From Macrostomum lignano (taxonomy: Eukaryota), in NCBI GenBank assembly GCA_002269645.1, contig NIVC01001487.1, forward strand, positions 97,294-161,293: a stretch of DNA of 64,000 nucleotides, read 5' to 3'. The notes under the pieces were generated by a model. It ran no database searches and had not been told where the DNA came from. It saw only the letters and a program-made list of their open reading frames with translations. Positions 48,246-61,527 of this stretch are shown piece by piece; positions within the stretch are counted from its first letter, which is position 1; the number at the start of each line of letters is the position of its first letter. The position numbers were made by a program, and so were the translations under genes.

Positions 48246-48336
48246 GATTACATGGGCGAAACTCCGCTGCACAAAGCTGCTCGAAATGGCAGCCTCGATT
48301 GCGTTCAACTGCTGCTGTCTCAGGGAGCCAATAGGG
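48246..48336 (+). CDS. ANKRD10: ANKRD10-like, exon 3
   Basis: DYMGETPLHKAARNGSLDCVQLLLSQGANR. Donor GTGAGT at 48337. Confidence 0.85.
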
Positions 48337-48364
48337 GTGAGTGGCCTGTTCACCAACTGTCTGT

Positions 48365-48752
48365 TCACAGTGATATTCGCCGGGTGCACTGTCCATTCAC
48401 AGGGGATATTCACCGGGTGCAATGTCTATTCACAGGGGATATTCACCGGGTGCGATGTCCATTCACAGGGGATATTCACCGGGTGCAATGTCCATTCACA
48501 GGGGATATTCACCGGGTGCACTGTCTATTCACAGGGGATATTCACCGGGTGCACTGTCTATTCACAGGGGATATTCACCGGGTGCACTGTCTATTCACAG
48601 GGGATATTCACCGGGTGCAATGTCCATTCACAGGGGATATTCACCGGGTGAAATTTCCATCCACAGGGGATATTCACCGGGTTCACTGTCCATTCACAGG
48701 GGATATTCACCGGGTGCACTGTCCATTCACAGGGGATATTCACCGGGTGCAC
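48365..48752. repeat. 33-bp minisatellite (TCACCGGGTGCACTGTCCATTCACAGGGGATAT), intronic
   Basis: Visible. Confidence 0.95.
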
Positions 48753-48808
48753 AGTCTTTGAAGATGACCCAATCAGCTGACCAAGCCTCCACAATGCCCT
48801 GCCCGCAG

Positions 48809-49133
48809 CACTCGAAGCCACAGCGGCCTGACTCCCCTGGACGTCGCCCAGATGCAGCGCCACGAGTCATGCGTCGAAGCGCTTCAACGAAACTCCTCCA
48901 GCAACGAAGCTGCCAGCAGCTGCGAGTCGTTGCTGCTCCCGCCAGGTGTCCAGCAGACTCTAAAGCGTTGCCATGACAACGGCAGCTTCGATCCTGTAGT
49001 TGCTAAGCGACCGCGCTGCTCAGACGAATGGCGATTATTGGAGGCCGAGCAGCAGGCGGAGGCTGGGCCGGCACCGCTGCGCACCTACCAGCAGGTAGCG
49101 AGCTGCTCCATCAGCGGCTGGCACTTCATGTAG
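48809..49133 (+). CDS. ANKRD10: ANKRD10-like, exon 4 (probably last)
   Basis: TRSHSGLTPLDVAQMQRHESCVEALQ..KRPR (cf. [21 protein letters not shown]). Ends at TAG 49133, or at a donor at 49095. Confidence 0.75.
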
Positions 49134-50029
49134 GCTTGTTATAGTTTTCACTTACCAGCAAAATTTATGCAAGATTGGTCAGTCCATTGTGACGTGTCCT
49201 ACTCAAAGTAGTAAGAATGATTTTATTGTTGCCAATCGTGTCGCTGTGTGCGCGCCTTCAATTCCCTGCTGACTGGGTGGGCAGCTTCTCTTTGTATCTA
49301 AGGCTGGTTTTGGCCACAGACACTGGAATAACTAGATGGGCCACTCAGGACATTTGCGTGTAAACTACTTTCAGTTCAGTAGCAAGTTAAATAAAAGCAT
49401 TTTAATGTTAAATTCAAGGATTATATTATTGGCTCCCTCTAACTTTAAACCATCCAACCGTGCCTTTTCACGCTGCCCCGCCCCGCCCCAATTTTTATTG
49501 CCTCTCTCGGAATTCCAGCCAAAAGCCGATTTCAGTAGACTGGCTAATGTGCATTATTGCTGAACCAATTAGCAAATTGTTAGCGCCTGCAAGCTTGGGC
49601 TTCTGAACTTATCAAAGTAATTTCAGCTGCCTTTATTTAAAAAATAGCTTATGTATTCTTCTTTGCTACTGAACTGACAGTAGACAGCTGTTTTACTCAG
49701 TATATGTGCCTGAGTGCATCTTATTGTTTTATAGTAAGTATCTGTGGTTTTGGCGAAGTGACTCGCATTTTCAACTATTGATATTGATGTTATTTATTAG
49801 TCTGCAGTGATGTCATATCAGTGGATAGCGCGTGTGGCAGCCAGGTTCAATTTTTCATAACTTGTGCAGCTGTGCCAATATGCAGTCTGGCCTGTGTGCA
49901 CCCGTTTATTGTGTGTTCTGTGTTTACCCATGGCTAAATTGAAACTAACACCAAATATTTATAAATCAGTCAACGAGAATTTGACTTTATTAAACCAGGG
50001 GTCGGCTAACTCTGAGAAGCCTCTCTGAC

Positions 50030-50400
50030 CTCATGTCTGTTTTGAGCTCTCTCTCCTCTCCTCTCGCTCTTCTCTCCTCTCTCTCTTTACTCTCCCCTCC
50101 TCTCTCCTCTCCCATCTCTTCTCCTCTCCTCTCTTCTCTCCCCCTTTACTCTCTTCTCTCTCCTCTCCCATCTTCTCTCTTATCTCCCCTCTCTCCCTCT
50201 CCTCTATTTTCTTTCCTTTCCTTCTCCTCTCGAATTTCTTCCCCCCTTTTCTCTCCTCTTGCTACTCTCTCGCCTTTACTCTCCCCTCTTCTCTCTTCCC
50301 TCTTATCTTCTCTCCTCGTCTCTCCTCTCTCCCTTCTTCTCTCTTCTCTCTCCTCTCCCCTATCACCTCCCCTCTTCTCTCTCCTCTTATCTTGTATATT
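50030..50400. repeat. CT-rich low-complexity repeat
   Basis: Visible. Confidence 0.9.
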
Positions 50401-50433
50401 TTCCATCATCCCATATGTCGCCTCTGCTCTCTG

Positions 50434-53400
50434 CTCTCATCTGTCATCTTCAATCCTCTATCATTTCCACTCTCATCTGTCATCTTCAATCCCCTATCAT
50501 TTCCACTCTCATCTGTCATCTTCAATCCCCTATCATTTCCACTCTCATCTGTCATCTTCAATCCCCTATCATTTCCACTCTCATCTGTCATCTTCAATCC
50601 CCTATCATTTCCACTCTCATCTGTCATCTTCAATCCCCTATCATTTCCACTCTCATCTGTCATCTTCAATCCCCTATCATTTCCACTCTCATCTGTCATC
50701 TTCAATCCCCTATCATTTCCACTCTCATCTGTCATCTTCAATCCCCTATCATTTCCACTCTCATCTGTCATCTTCAATCCCCTATCATTTCCACTCTCAT
50801 CTGTCATCTTCAATCCCCTATCATTTCCACTCTCATCTGTCATCTTCAATCCCCTATCATTTCCACTCTCATCTGTCATCTTCAATCCCCTATCATTTCC
50901 ACTCTCATCTGTCATCTTCAATCCCCTATCATTTCCACTCTCATCTGTCATCTTCAATCCCCTATCATTTCCACTCTCATCTGTCATCTTCAATCCCCTA
51001 TCATTTCCACTCTCATCTGTCATCTTCAATCCCCTATCATTTCCACTCTCATCTGTCATCTTCAATCCCCTATCATTTCCACTCTCATCTGTCATCTTCA
51101 ATCCCCTATCATTTCCACTCTCATCTGTCATCTTCAATCCCCTATCATTTCCACTCTCATCTGTCATCTTCAATCCCCTATCATTTCCACTCTCATCTGT
51201 CATCTTCAATCCCCTATCATTTCCACTCTCATCTGTCATCTTCAATCCCCTATCATTTCCACTCTCATCTGTCATCTTCAATCCCCTATCATTTCCACTC
51301 TCATCTGTCATCTTCAATCCCCTATCATTTCCACTCTCATCTGTCATCTTCAATCCCCTATCATTTCCACTCTCATCTGTCATCTTCAATCCCCTATCAT
51401 TTCCACTCTCATCTGTCATCTTCAATCCCCTATCATTTCCACTCTCATCTGTCATCTTCAATCCCCTATCATTTCCACTCTCATCTGTCATCTTCAATCC
51501 CCTATCATTTCCACTCTCATCTGTCATCTTCAATCCCCTATCATTTCCACTCTCATCTGTCATCTTCAATCCCCTATCATTTCCACTCTCATCTGTCATC
51601 TTCAATCCCCTATCATTTCCACTCTCATCTGTCATCTTCAATCCCCTATCATTTCCACTCTCATCTGTCATCTTCAATCCCCTATCATTTCCACTCTCAT
51701 CTGTCATCTTCAATCCCCTATCATTTCCACTCTCATCTGTCATCTTCAATCCCCTATCATTTCCACTCTCATCTGTCATCTTCAATCCCCTATCATTTCC
51801 ACTCTCATCTGTCATCTTCAATCCCCTATCATTTCCACTCTCATCTGTCATCTTCAATCCCCTATCATTTCCACTCTCATCTGTCATCTTCAATCCCCTA
51901 TCATTTCCACTCTCATCTGTCATCTTCAATCCCCTATCATTTCCACTCTCATCTGTCATCTTCAATCCCCTATCATTTCCACTCTCATCTGTCATCTTCA
52001 ATCCCCTATCATTTCCACTCTCATCTGTCATCTTCAATCCCCTATCATTTCCACTCTCATCTGTCATCTTCAATCCCCTATCATTTCCACTCTCATCTGT
52101 CATCTTCAATCCCCTATCATTTCCACTCTCATCTGTCATCTTCAATCCCCTATCATTTCCACTCTCATCTGTCATCTTCAATCCCCTATCATTTCCACTC
52201 TCATCTGTCATCTTCAATCCCCTATCATTTCCACTCTCATCTGTCATCTTCAATCCCCTATCATTTCCACTCTCATCTGTCATCTTCAATCCCCTATCAT
52301 TTCCACTCTCATCTGTCATCTTCAATCCCCTATCATTTCCACTCTCATCTGTCATCTTCAATCCCCTATCATTTCCACTCTCATCTGTCATCTTCAATCC
52401 CCTATCATTTCCACTCTCATCTGTCATCTTCAATCCCCTATCATTTCCACTCTCATCTGTCATCTTCAATCCCCTATCATTTCCACTCTCATCTGTCATC
52501 TTCAATCCCCTATCATTTCCACTCTCATCTGTCATCTTCAATCCCCTATCATTTCCACTCTCATCTGTCATCTTCAATCCCCTATCATTTCCACTCTCAT
52601 CTGTCATCTTCAATCCCCTATCATTTCCACTCTCATCTGTCATCTTCAATCCCCTATCATTTCCACTCTCATCTGTCATCTTCAATCCCCTATCATTTCC
52701 ACTCTCATCTGTCATCTTCAATCCCCTATCATTTCCACTCTCATCTGTCATCTTCAATCCCCTATCATTTCCACTCTCATCTGTCATCTTCAATCCCCTA
52801 TCATTTCCACTCTCATCTGTCATCTTCAATCCCCTATCATTTCCACTCTCATCTGTCATCTTCAATCCCCTATCATTTCCACTCTCATCTGTCATCTTCA
52901 ATCCCCTATCATTTCCACTCTCATCTGTCATCTTCAATCCCCTATCATTTCCACTCTCATCTGTCATCTTCAATCCCCTATCATTTCCACTCTCATCTGT
53001 CATCTTCAATCCCCTATCATTTCCACTCTCATCTGTCATCTTCAATCCCCTATCATTTCCACTCTCATCTGTCATCTTCAATCCCCTATCATTTCCACTC
53101 TCATCTGTCATCTTCAATCCCCTATCATTTCCACTCTCATCTGTCATCTTCAATCCCCTATCATTTCCACTCTCATCTGTCATCTTCAATCCCCTATCAT
53201 TTCCACTCTCATCTGTCATCTTCAATCCCCTATCATTTCCACTCTCATCTGTCATCTTCAATCCCCTATCATTTCCACTCTCATCTGTCATCTTCAATCC
53301 CCTATCATTTCCACTCTCATCTGTCATCTTCAATCCCCTATCATTTCCACTCTCATCTGTCATCTTCAATCCCCTATCATTTCCACTCTCATCTGTCATC

Positions 53401-54547
53401 TTCAATCCCCTATCATTTCCACTCTCATCTGTCATCTTCAATCCCCTATCATTTCCACTCTCATCTGTCATCTTCAATCCCCTATCATTTCCACTCTCAT
53501 CTGTCATCTTCAATCCCCTATCATTTCCACTCTCATCTGTCATCTTCAATCCCCTATCATTTCCACTCTCATCTGTCATCTTCAATCCCCTATCATTTCC
53601 ACTCTCATCTGTCATCTTCAATCCCCTATCATTTCCACTCTCATCTGTCATCTTCAATCCCCTATCATTTCCACTCTCATCTGTCATCTTCAATCCCCTA
53701 TCATTTCCACTCTCATCTGTCATCTTCAATCCCCTATCATTTCCACTCTCATCTGTCATCTTCAATCCCCTATCATTTCCACTCTCATCTGTCATCTTCA
53801 ATCCCCTATCATTTCCACTCTCATCTGTCATCTTCAATCCCCTATCATTTCCACTCTCATCTGTCATCTTCAATCCCCTATCATTTCCACTCTCATCTGT
53901 CATCTTCAATCCCCTATCATTTCCACTCTCATCTGTCATCTTCAATCCCCTATCATTTCCACTCTCATCTGTCATCTTCAATCCCCTATCATTTCCACTC
54001 TCATCTGTCATCTTCAATCCCCTATCATTTCCACTCTCATCTGTCATCTTCAATCCCCTATCATTTCCACTCTCATCTGTCATCTTCAATCCCCTATCAT
54101 TTCCACTCTCATCTGTCATCTTCAATCCCCTATCATTTCCACTCTCATCTGTCATCTTCAATCCCCTATCATTTCCACTCTCATCTGTCATCTTCAATCC
54201 CCTATCATTTCCACTCTCATCTGTCATCTTCAATCCCCTATCATTTCCACTCTCATCTGTCATCTTCAATCCCCTATCATTTCCACTCTCATCTGTCATC
54301 TTCAATCCCCTATCATTTCCACTCTCATCTGTCATCTTCAATCCCCTATCATTTCCACTCTCATCTGTCATCTTCAATCCCCTATCATTTCCACTCTCAT
54401 CTGTCATCTTCAATCCCCTATCATTTCCACTCTCATCTGTCATCTTCAATCCCCTATCATTTCCACTCTCATCTGTCATCTTCAATCCCCTATCATTTCC
54501 ACTCTCATCTGTCATCTTCAATCCCCTATCATTTCCACTCTCATCTG
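50434..54547. repeat. 36-bp satellite (CTCTCATCTGTCATCTTCAATCCCCTATCATTTCCA) x ~114, essentially invariant
   Basis: Printed lines recur with an exact 180-bp period. Only the first unit shows a variant. Confidence 0.98.
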
Positions 54548-56289
54548 GCCCCAGATGTGAAAGCTTGTCGACCCCTGAATCAAACAATAATTTTTGTAAC
54601 TTTGTGTTTCTTTATGCTGATAGCCACAATGATTTTTATTTTATTTGTGACAACATTAGCTTTTTTATGTCTAATTATTAGTGCCCATTAACAGTGAAAA
54701 TTTTCACATGTGTTTTATTTATTTATAAAACGACAACCCACAGCTCCATTCGTTTGTTCTGTACATCCGCAGCTGAACTGTTTTTACTAAGCAACTTTGT
54801 TTTTATTTTTTATTAATTTTTGTTAGACTTTTTCAAATATAGAGTGAAAAACTTGGCGCTCGTGTTGGTTAGTAGCAGCGAATGCGTTTTGTCACCATTA
54901 TTTGGGCTGATTTAAGATTTTATAGCGTGCGCCCAGTTTTTTTGCCCCCCCCCCCTCGGGCTTGTGTTCGTACACACTGAACCGCTAGCTCTGCTTTTGC
55001 TCAAGTCTAAGTGATTTTTGTGTGTTTATCTAATTTCAGTTTTAAACTGGCCAGTGTGAAACTGCAAGCTATTCAGGTACATTGAGTCACTTCTTATCTT
55101 ATTGGTTTTTACTGGGCCAAAAATCGCATTCATCCTAGTCTAGAGTGCATGCAGAGCACTTATGAGTCTGCATCTATACCAGATTCATATGTACGGCCGT
55201 ATTCCTTTGGGGCTTGTGGCTCTTGTATGTGGTCACGAGTCAGGGAAATGGACGGTGTCGCCAAGGGTTGTTGCGCCAAGAGAACAAAGGAAGGAAGAGG
55301 CAATGGTAGAAATTTGCAATGCCACAACACGAATAGAATATTTGCTTACAAATACGTATATATTTTCTATTCTACAGAGTCTAAAAGCAATTTTTTTAAT
55401 CGATTTAACAAATTTTAACCATAATTGCAAAGTTCGCTACGGCTCACCGCGATAAACAGGGATAAAATACATTGTGTGTAAATGACTAAATATATTAAAA
55501 CAATAAATTCTAATGTCACAACATCTAAATATTGATTTTTCTATTATTATTAACGCGTTAATGAATAAAAATTCATTGGTACATTCCTCTCAGATAGCAG
55601 CCTTCAAAACCAGGTACATCAAAATCAAAAACATTCCGTGACATTTAATTAATAATTTCAGGTGAATTGCAGCATTGCAGATAATACATCGTAAACAGAA
55701 TAAATAAACTGTCAAAACAGTGACAACAAGTACAGCTCGTAAATATTTAAACTGACTGAATTTTCAACAGCTTGCGAAAACCAGCTGTATGAGGTTAAAG
55801 GATCATTGCGGATTAGGACCCAATAGATTAAACGGCAGCTTTATATAAATAGAGATGTCTAAACACCTGTGACTGCGTGCTAATAATAATGCATGAATTA
55901 AAGCGATAAACTTGCTAGTGTGACACGGAAACGCCCTAGCAACAAAAAGCAGCTGACTAAATTAAACAAGAAAAATAACAAAAAACTAACTACACTACTG
56001 AATATGAGTAGCAATATAAATAGGAATATCGCGACCGCTTGTGTTAAGCAGATAATTATGCATTTTTGTTATAGCAAGAATTCGCCTTGGGTAATGACCG
56101 CCGGATCAGCTGCTGACGTTCTGCTTCAAATGATTTCTTGACTGAGTTTGCTTAAATTGATGTGCAGCTGATGCCGAGGGTCTTGAGAAAACTTTCTCGA
56201 TAAACATTACTTTCTCATCATCATTTCGTGTATTGACCATATCATAAGTTATTCGTTAGCCGAGGTTTTTAAAATTGTTGAAAATCATC

Positions 56290-56695
56290 AAGTCACTGAT
56301 TGATCATCAATAAGTCACTGACTGATCAGCAAAATATCACTGATTGATCAACAATAAGTAACTGATTGATCATCAATAAATCACTGATTGATCATCAATA
56401 ACTCACTTATTGATCAACAATAGGTCACTGATTGATCATCAATAACTCACTGATTGATCAGCAAAATATCACTGATTTGATCATCAATAAGTCACTGATT
56501 GATCATCAATAAGTCACTGATTGATCATCAATACATCACTGATTTATCATCAATAAATCACTGATTTATCATCAATAAATCACTGATTTATCATCAATAA
56601 CTCACTGATTGATCATTAATAACTCACTGATTGATCATCAATAATTCACTGATTGATCATCAATAAATCACTAATTGATAATCAATAAATTACAA
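56290..56695. repeat. ~22-bp minisatellite (TCACTGATTGATCATCAATAA-)
   Basis: Visible. Confidence 0.92.
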
Positions 56696-56787
56696 AATAA
56701 CAACCAAACAAACCTCCAGTCTTGACTACTCAAAACCAGGCTCCCATCCTCATCAGTCCCTGTGAAACCCCAGTCCACCAACCAGAG

Positions 56788-57162
56788 TCACATCTCCAGC
56801 TCTGCCCTGGCAAATGAGAACGGCTCAAACTTGTAGCCCTCTCCCTTGTAGAACTTGTTCATGAACTCCACCCAGTGCAGCCGCAGGGCATGCAGAAATG
56901 CCGACAGGCCCTCCATGAGCAGCAGCACAACCACGGTGAGCAGAGCCCAGAATGAGAAGGCCACGAACAGGGCCAAGCAGCCGCCGAATCCTTCACGCTT
57001 GAGTCCGATGGCCAGCACCATGCCCCACAGCACCTCGGACAGCTGGGCGTGGGCCAGCGACAGGGCCCACAGCCGCAGGTAGCTGGCGGTGTTGGAGATG
57101 CAGCTCAGGCAGTACTCGATCGTGTGGATGGCCTGGTGCACGAACACCTCACCGATGTCCAC
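56788..57162 (-). CDS. ATP6V0A1: V-ATPase V0 subunit a, last exon
   Basis: [38 protein letters not shown]...[31 protein letters not shown], including the essential YLRLWALSL Arg. Confidence 0.96.
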   Translation of the reverse strand: MDIGEVFVHQAIHTIEYCLSCISNTASYLRLWALSLAHAQLSEVLWGMVLAIGLKREGFGGCLALFVAFSFWALLTVVVLLLMEGLSAFLHALRLHWVEFMNKFYKGEGYKFEPFSFARAELEM

Positions 57163-57189
57163 CTGCGGGTGCCGTGACGGGCGGGGTGA

Positions 57190-58607
57190 CTGTGACAGTC
57201 AGGCTGGTGACACTGTGTGACAGTCATGCTGGTGACACTGTGTGACAGTCAGGCTGGTGACACTGTGATAGTCATGCTGGTGACACTGTGTGACAGTCAT
57301 GCTGGTGACACTGTGTGACAGTCATGCCGGTGACACTGTGTGACAGTCAGGCTGGTGACACTGTGTGACAGTCATGCTGGTGAAACTGACAGTCATGCTG
57401 GTGACACTGTGAGACAGTCAGCCTGGTGACGCTGTGTGACAGTCATGCTGGTGACACTGTGTGACAGTCAGGCTGGTGACACTGTGTGACAGTCAGGCTG
57501 GTGACACTGTGTGACAGTCATGCTGGTGAAACTGACAGTCATGCTGGTGACACTGTGTGACAGTCAGCCTGGTGACGCTGTGTGACAGTCATGCTGGTGA
57601 CACTGTGTGACAGTCATGCTGGTGACGCTGACAGTCATGCTGGTGACACTGACAGTCATGCTGGTGACACTGTGTGACAGTCATGCTGGTGACACTGTGT
57701 GACAGTCATGCTAGTGACACTGTGTGACAGTCATGCTGGTGACACTGTGTGACAGTCAGGCTGGTGACACTGTGATAGTCATGCTGGTGACACTGTGTGA
57801 CAGTCATGCTGGTGACACTGTGTGACAGTCATGCTGGTGACACTGTGTGACAGTCAGGCTGGTGACACTGTGATAGTCATGCTGGTGACACTGTGTGACA
57901 GTCATGCTGGTGACACTGTGTGACAGTCATGCTGGTGACGCTGACAGTCATGCTAGTGACACTGACAGTCATGCTGGTGACACTGTGTGACAGTCAGGCT
58001 GGTGACACTGTGTGACAGTCATGCTAGTGACACTGTGTGACAGTCATGCTAGTGACACTGTGTGACAGTCATGCTAGTGACACTGACAGTCAGGCTGGTG
58101 ACACTGTGTGACAGTCAGGCTGGTGACACTGTGTGACAGTCATGCTAGTGACACTGTGTAACAGTCATGCTGGTGACACTGTGTGACAGTCAGGCTGGTG
58201 ACACTGTGATAGTCATGCTGGTGACACTGTGTGACAGTCATGCTGGTGACACTGTGTGACAGTCATGCTGGTGACACTGTGTGACAGTCAGGCTGGTGAC
58301 ACTGTGATAGTCATGCTGGTGACACTGTGTGACAGTCATGCTGGTGACACTGTGTGACAGTCAGGCTGGTGACACTGTGACAGTCATGCTGGTGACACTG
58401 TGTGACAGTCATGCTGGTGACACTGTGTGACAGTCAGGCTGGTGACACTGTGTGACAGTCATGCTAGTGACACTGACAGTCAGGCTGGTGACACTGTGTG
58501 ACAGTCATGCTAGTGACACTGTGTGACAGTCATGCTAGTGACACTGTGTGACAGTCATGCTAGTGACACTGTGTGACAGTCATGCTAGTGACACTGTGTG
58601 ACAGTCA
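57190..58607. repeat. 25-bp minisatellite (GTGTGACAGTCATGCTGGTGACACT), intronic
   Basis: Visible. Confidence 0.96.
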
Positions 58608-58615
58608 CCGCTCAC

Positions 58616-58967
58616 CTCCTCTCCGTGATCCCCATATCCGGCTCCCATATCGACAGCCTTATCGCCGTCATGGATATTGTTGCCGCCATCCTGCTGCTGC
58701 CCATGCCCAGCTCAGTTTGATCTCCACCATCGACTCCAGCATCCGGCTGCATCTGCGGCTGCGGCTGCTGCTGCCCCATCATGGCGCCGCCCCTGGCCAG
58801 CATCTGCTGACGGCGGCGCAGAATCAGCGGCTTGACCAGCAGCATCCAGGGAGCGCAGGGGATGATGAGCAGCACCAGGAAGGTCTGCAGGCCCTGATAG
58901 CCCGTGTAGATTGGCGGGCAGCCGTTCGTGGCTTTGTCGTAGCGGAACAGGAACATGTTGATGAGGC
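58616..58967 (-). CDS. ATP6V0A1: V-ATPase subunit a exon (apparent 1-nt frameshift near 58707)
   Basis: LINMFLF..YTGYQGLQTFLVLLIIPCAPWMLLVKPL. Ends ..YGDHGEE only after a frame change. Confidence 0.88.
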
Positions 58968-59029
58968 CTACGGGCGGGCGATGGTGAGCGCTCAGCATCC
59001 CGTCTGGCACCTTCCAATCTGACTGATCT

Positions 59030-59513
59030 ATAACCCTAGCTAAAATATCTAACACACTCTCATACGGGTTGCAGAGATCTCTAACACCCTCGCTTAGATC
59101 TCTAACAGTCTTGCTTAGATCTCTAACAACCTCGTCGTAGATCTCTGACAACCTCGGCTTACATCTTTAACAACCTCGTGTCGATATTTACTATATATAC
59201 CCTCGCTTAGACCTCTAACATCCTCGCTTAGATCTCTAACACCCTCGCTTAGATCTCTAACAACCTCGTGTTGATATCTAACACCCTCGCTTAGATATCT
59301 AACACCCTCGCGCAAACTTTTAACACCTCGTTTGAATCTCTAACACCCTTTAACCGCAGATGTCTAACACCCTTTAACCGCAGATGTCTAACACCCTTTA
59401 ACCGCAGATGTCTAACACCCTTTAACCGCAGATGTCTAACACCCTTTAACCGCAGATGTCTAACACCCTTTAACCGCAGATGTCTAACACCCTTGAACCG
59501 CAGATGTCTAACA
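59030..59513. repeat. 21-24-bp minisatellites (TAACACCCTTTAACCGCAGATGTC and a related unit), intronic
   Basis: Visible. Confidence 0.92.
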
Positions 59514-59520
59514 GCCTCAC

Positions 59521-59963
59521 CAATGAGCAGGTTCGGGGCGCAGTTGCTGTTCCGGCCAGAGTAGACGGCCCACTTGTACAGGATGAGGATCACCAGGTAG
59601 CCGAACATGCCCAGCAGGAACAGGACCTGCGGCACGAACTCGCCAACAACTGACAGCATGTCCCGGCGGTGCAGATGGTTAGTGAGGCTGACAAACACGC
59701 CAAACAGCATGTGGATGACGCCCAGCACCACGGAGGTCTTCATCTTGATGCTGTTGGTGAAGGTGATCTTGTTGCCGGACACCTGCCACACCGGGTCCAG
59801 GCCGAACGGGTAGGGGTTGGCCCGCCAGGCCTTCGCCTGGGCGTCGTTGGGGTTCAGCTGGAGCGACTCGATGCCGCGGACCTGAGTTCGAATCTGGTCG
59901 GGCGTCAGGGACTGGTTGAACTGGCCGCGTACGCTCCAGCCGGAGCCGAAGATGTTCACCGAC
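59521..59963 (-). CDS. ATP6V0A1: V-ATPase subunit a exon
   Basis: SVNIFGSGW..PYPFGLDPVWQ..NKITFTNSIKMKTSVVLGVIHMLFG..FVPQVLFL..FGYL..PNLLIG. Phases 2/1. Confidence 0.93.
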
Positions 59964-60109
59964 CTGCATGGCCGATGGGGATAAATGAGAGAATTTGTCC
60001 CTGCACGATCTCCATCTCAGAAATCCGAAGATCATAAACAGCATTGATGCGAGTTTGCTTAGACAAGCTTTTTAAATTACTAAACTCGACCCAATTTCAC
60101 CTCTTGAAT

Positions 60110-60570
60110 CCCAAATCCCAAATATTTGATATAGTATGACAAATCTCAAATCCTAGAGTCAAACGCTGTTATCGGAGATCTCGAATCCCAAATCCGACAT
60201 CCCAAATCCCAAATCCGACATCCCAGATCCCAAATCCGACCTTGATTCCAAATCCGAAATTAGAGATCCCAAATCCGAAATCCTAGAGCCCAAACCCAAA
60301 ATCCTAGATCCCAAATCCGACATCCCAGATCCCAAATCTGACATCCCAGATCCCAAGTCGACATCCGAGATCCCAAATCTGAAATCCCAGATCCCAAATT
60401 CAAAACCCCAGATCCCAAGTCCAAATCCCAGATCCCAAATTCAAAATCCCAGTGCAGATCCGAAATCCAAAATCCCAGTGCAGATCCCAAATCCGAAATC
60501 CCAGATCCCAAATCCGAAATCCCAGACTCCAAATCTGAAATCCCAGATTCCAGATCCCAGATCCCGAACA
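60110..60570. repeat. Degenerate AAATCCCAGATCCC repeat, intronic
   Basis: Visible. Confidence 0.9.
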
Positions 60571-60631
60571 CAAAAAACGGACACAGTTCAGGTGCGCAGA
60601 ATACTACTAGAACCCGGTGGGTGGGCCTCAC

Positions 60632-60963
60632 CTGGAGAAGCAGTCATTATAAATAAGCCCGGTGTAGATGGAGAAGGCCCCATCATGAGTATGATGTAGC
60701 GGCCATTAAAAAACGTGGCCCAGATCTCGGACAGCTTGGCAGTAGGCGCCAGCTGCTTCTCCCGCAGCACCATCCACAGCGCAGCCAGGAACATCAGCGT
60801 GCCGTGCCCGAAGTCGCCGTACATCACGGCGAACAGGAACGGGAAGGTCACGATGGCGAAGGCGAGGGGTTCGCCTCGCGGTAGGACGCCACGCCGTACG
60901 CGTCGATGATGCTCTGGAAGCCGGAGGTCAGCTTGTTGACCCGGAAGTAGGTTGGGGCATCTC
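60632..60963 (-). CDS. ATP6V0A1: V-ATPase subunit a exon (apparent frameshifts near 60862 and 60680)
   Basis: [32 protein letters not shown] / [28 protein letters not shown] / [15 protein letters not shown], spread over three frames. Confidence 0.9.
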
Positions 60964-61009
60964 CTGCGGGGGGGTTCAAGAGCTGTAAGTTTGGCGAGCT
61001 CAGGATGCG

Positions 61010-61490
61010 GTTCACAATCTGTGAATGATGGAGTTTAGGATGCAGTTCACAATTTGTGAATGATGCAGTTCACAATCTGTGAATGATGCAGTTCACAATT
61101 TGTGAATGATGCAGTTCACAATCTGTGAATGATGGAGTTCACAATCTGTGAATGATGGAGTTCACAATTTGTGAATGATGGAGTTTAGGATGCAGTTCAC
61201 AATTTGTGAATGATGCAGTTCACAATCTGTGAATGATGGAGTTCACAATCTGTGAATGATGGAGTTCACAATCTGTGAATGATGGAGTTCACAATCTGTG
61301 AATGATGGAGTTCACAATCTGTGAATGATGGAGTTCACAATCTGTGAATGATGGAGTTCACAATCTGTGAATGATGGAGTTCACAATCTGTGAATGATGG
61401 AGTTCACAATCTGTGAATGATGGAGTTCACAATCTGTGAATGATGGAGTTCACAATCTGTGAATGATGGAGTTCAGGATGCAGTTTACAT
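61010..61490. repeat. 23-bp minisatellite (TTCACAATCTGTGAATGATGGAG), intronic
   Basis: Visible. Confidence 0.95.
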
Positions 61491-61527
61491 TCAGTGAATT
61501 GGACAAGTCAGTGAAGCAGCGCCTAAC

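Noticed and set aside
50033-54691. 1400-1550-aa ORFs in four frames; 36-bp unit resembling a CRISPR repeat in length
   Set aside because: Pure tandem repeat with no spacers and no cas genes, in a eukaryotic context.
55149-55455. Short ORFs in a moderately GC-rich island
   Set aside because: No recognisable motif or convincing splice signals. Probably UTR or intergenic.
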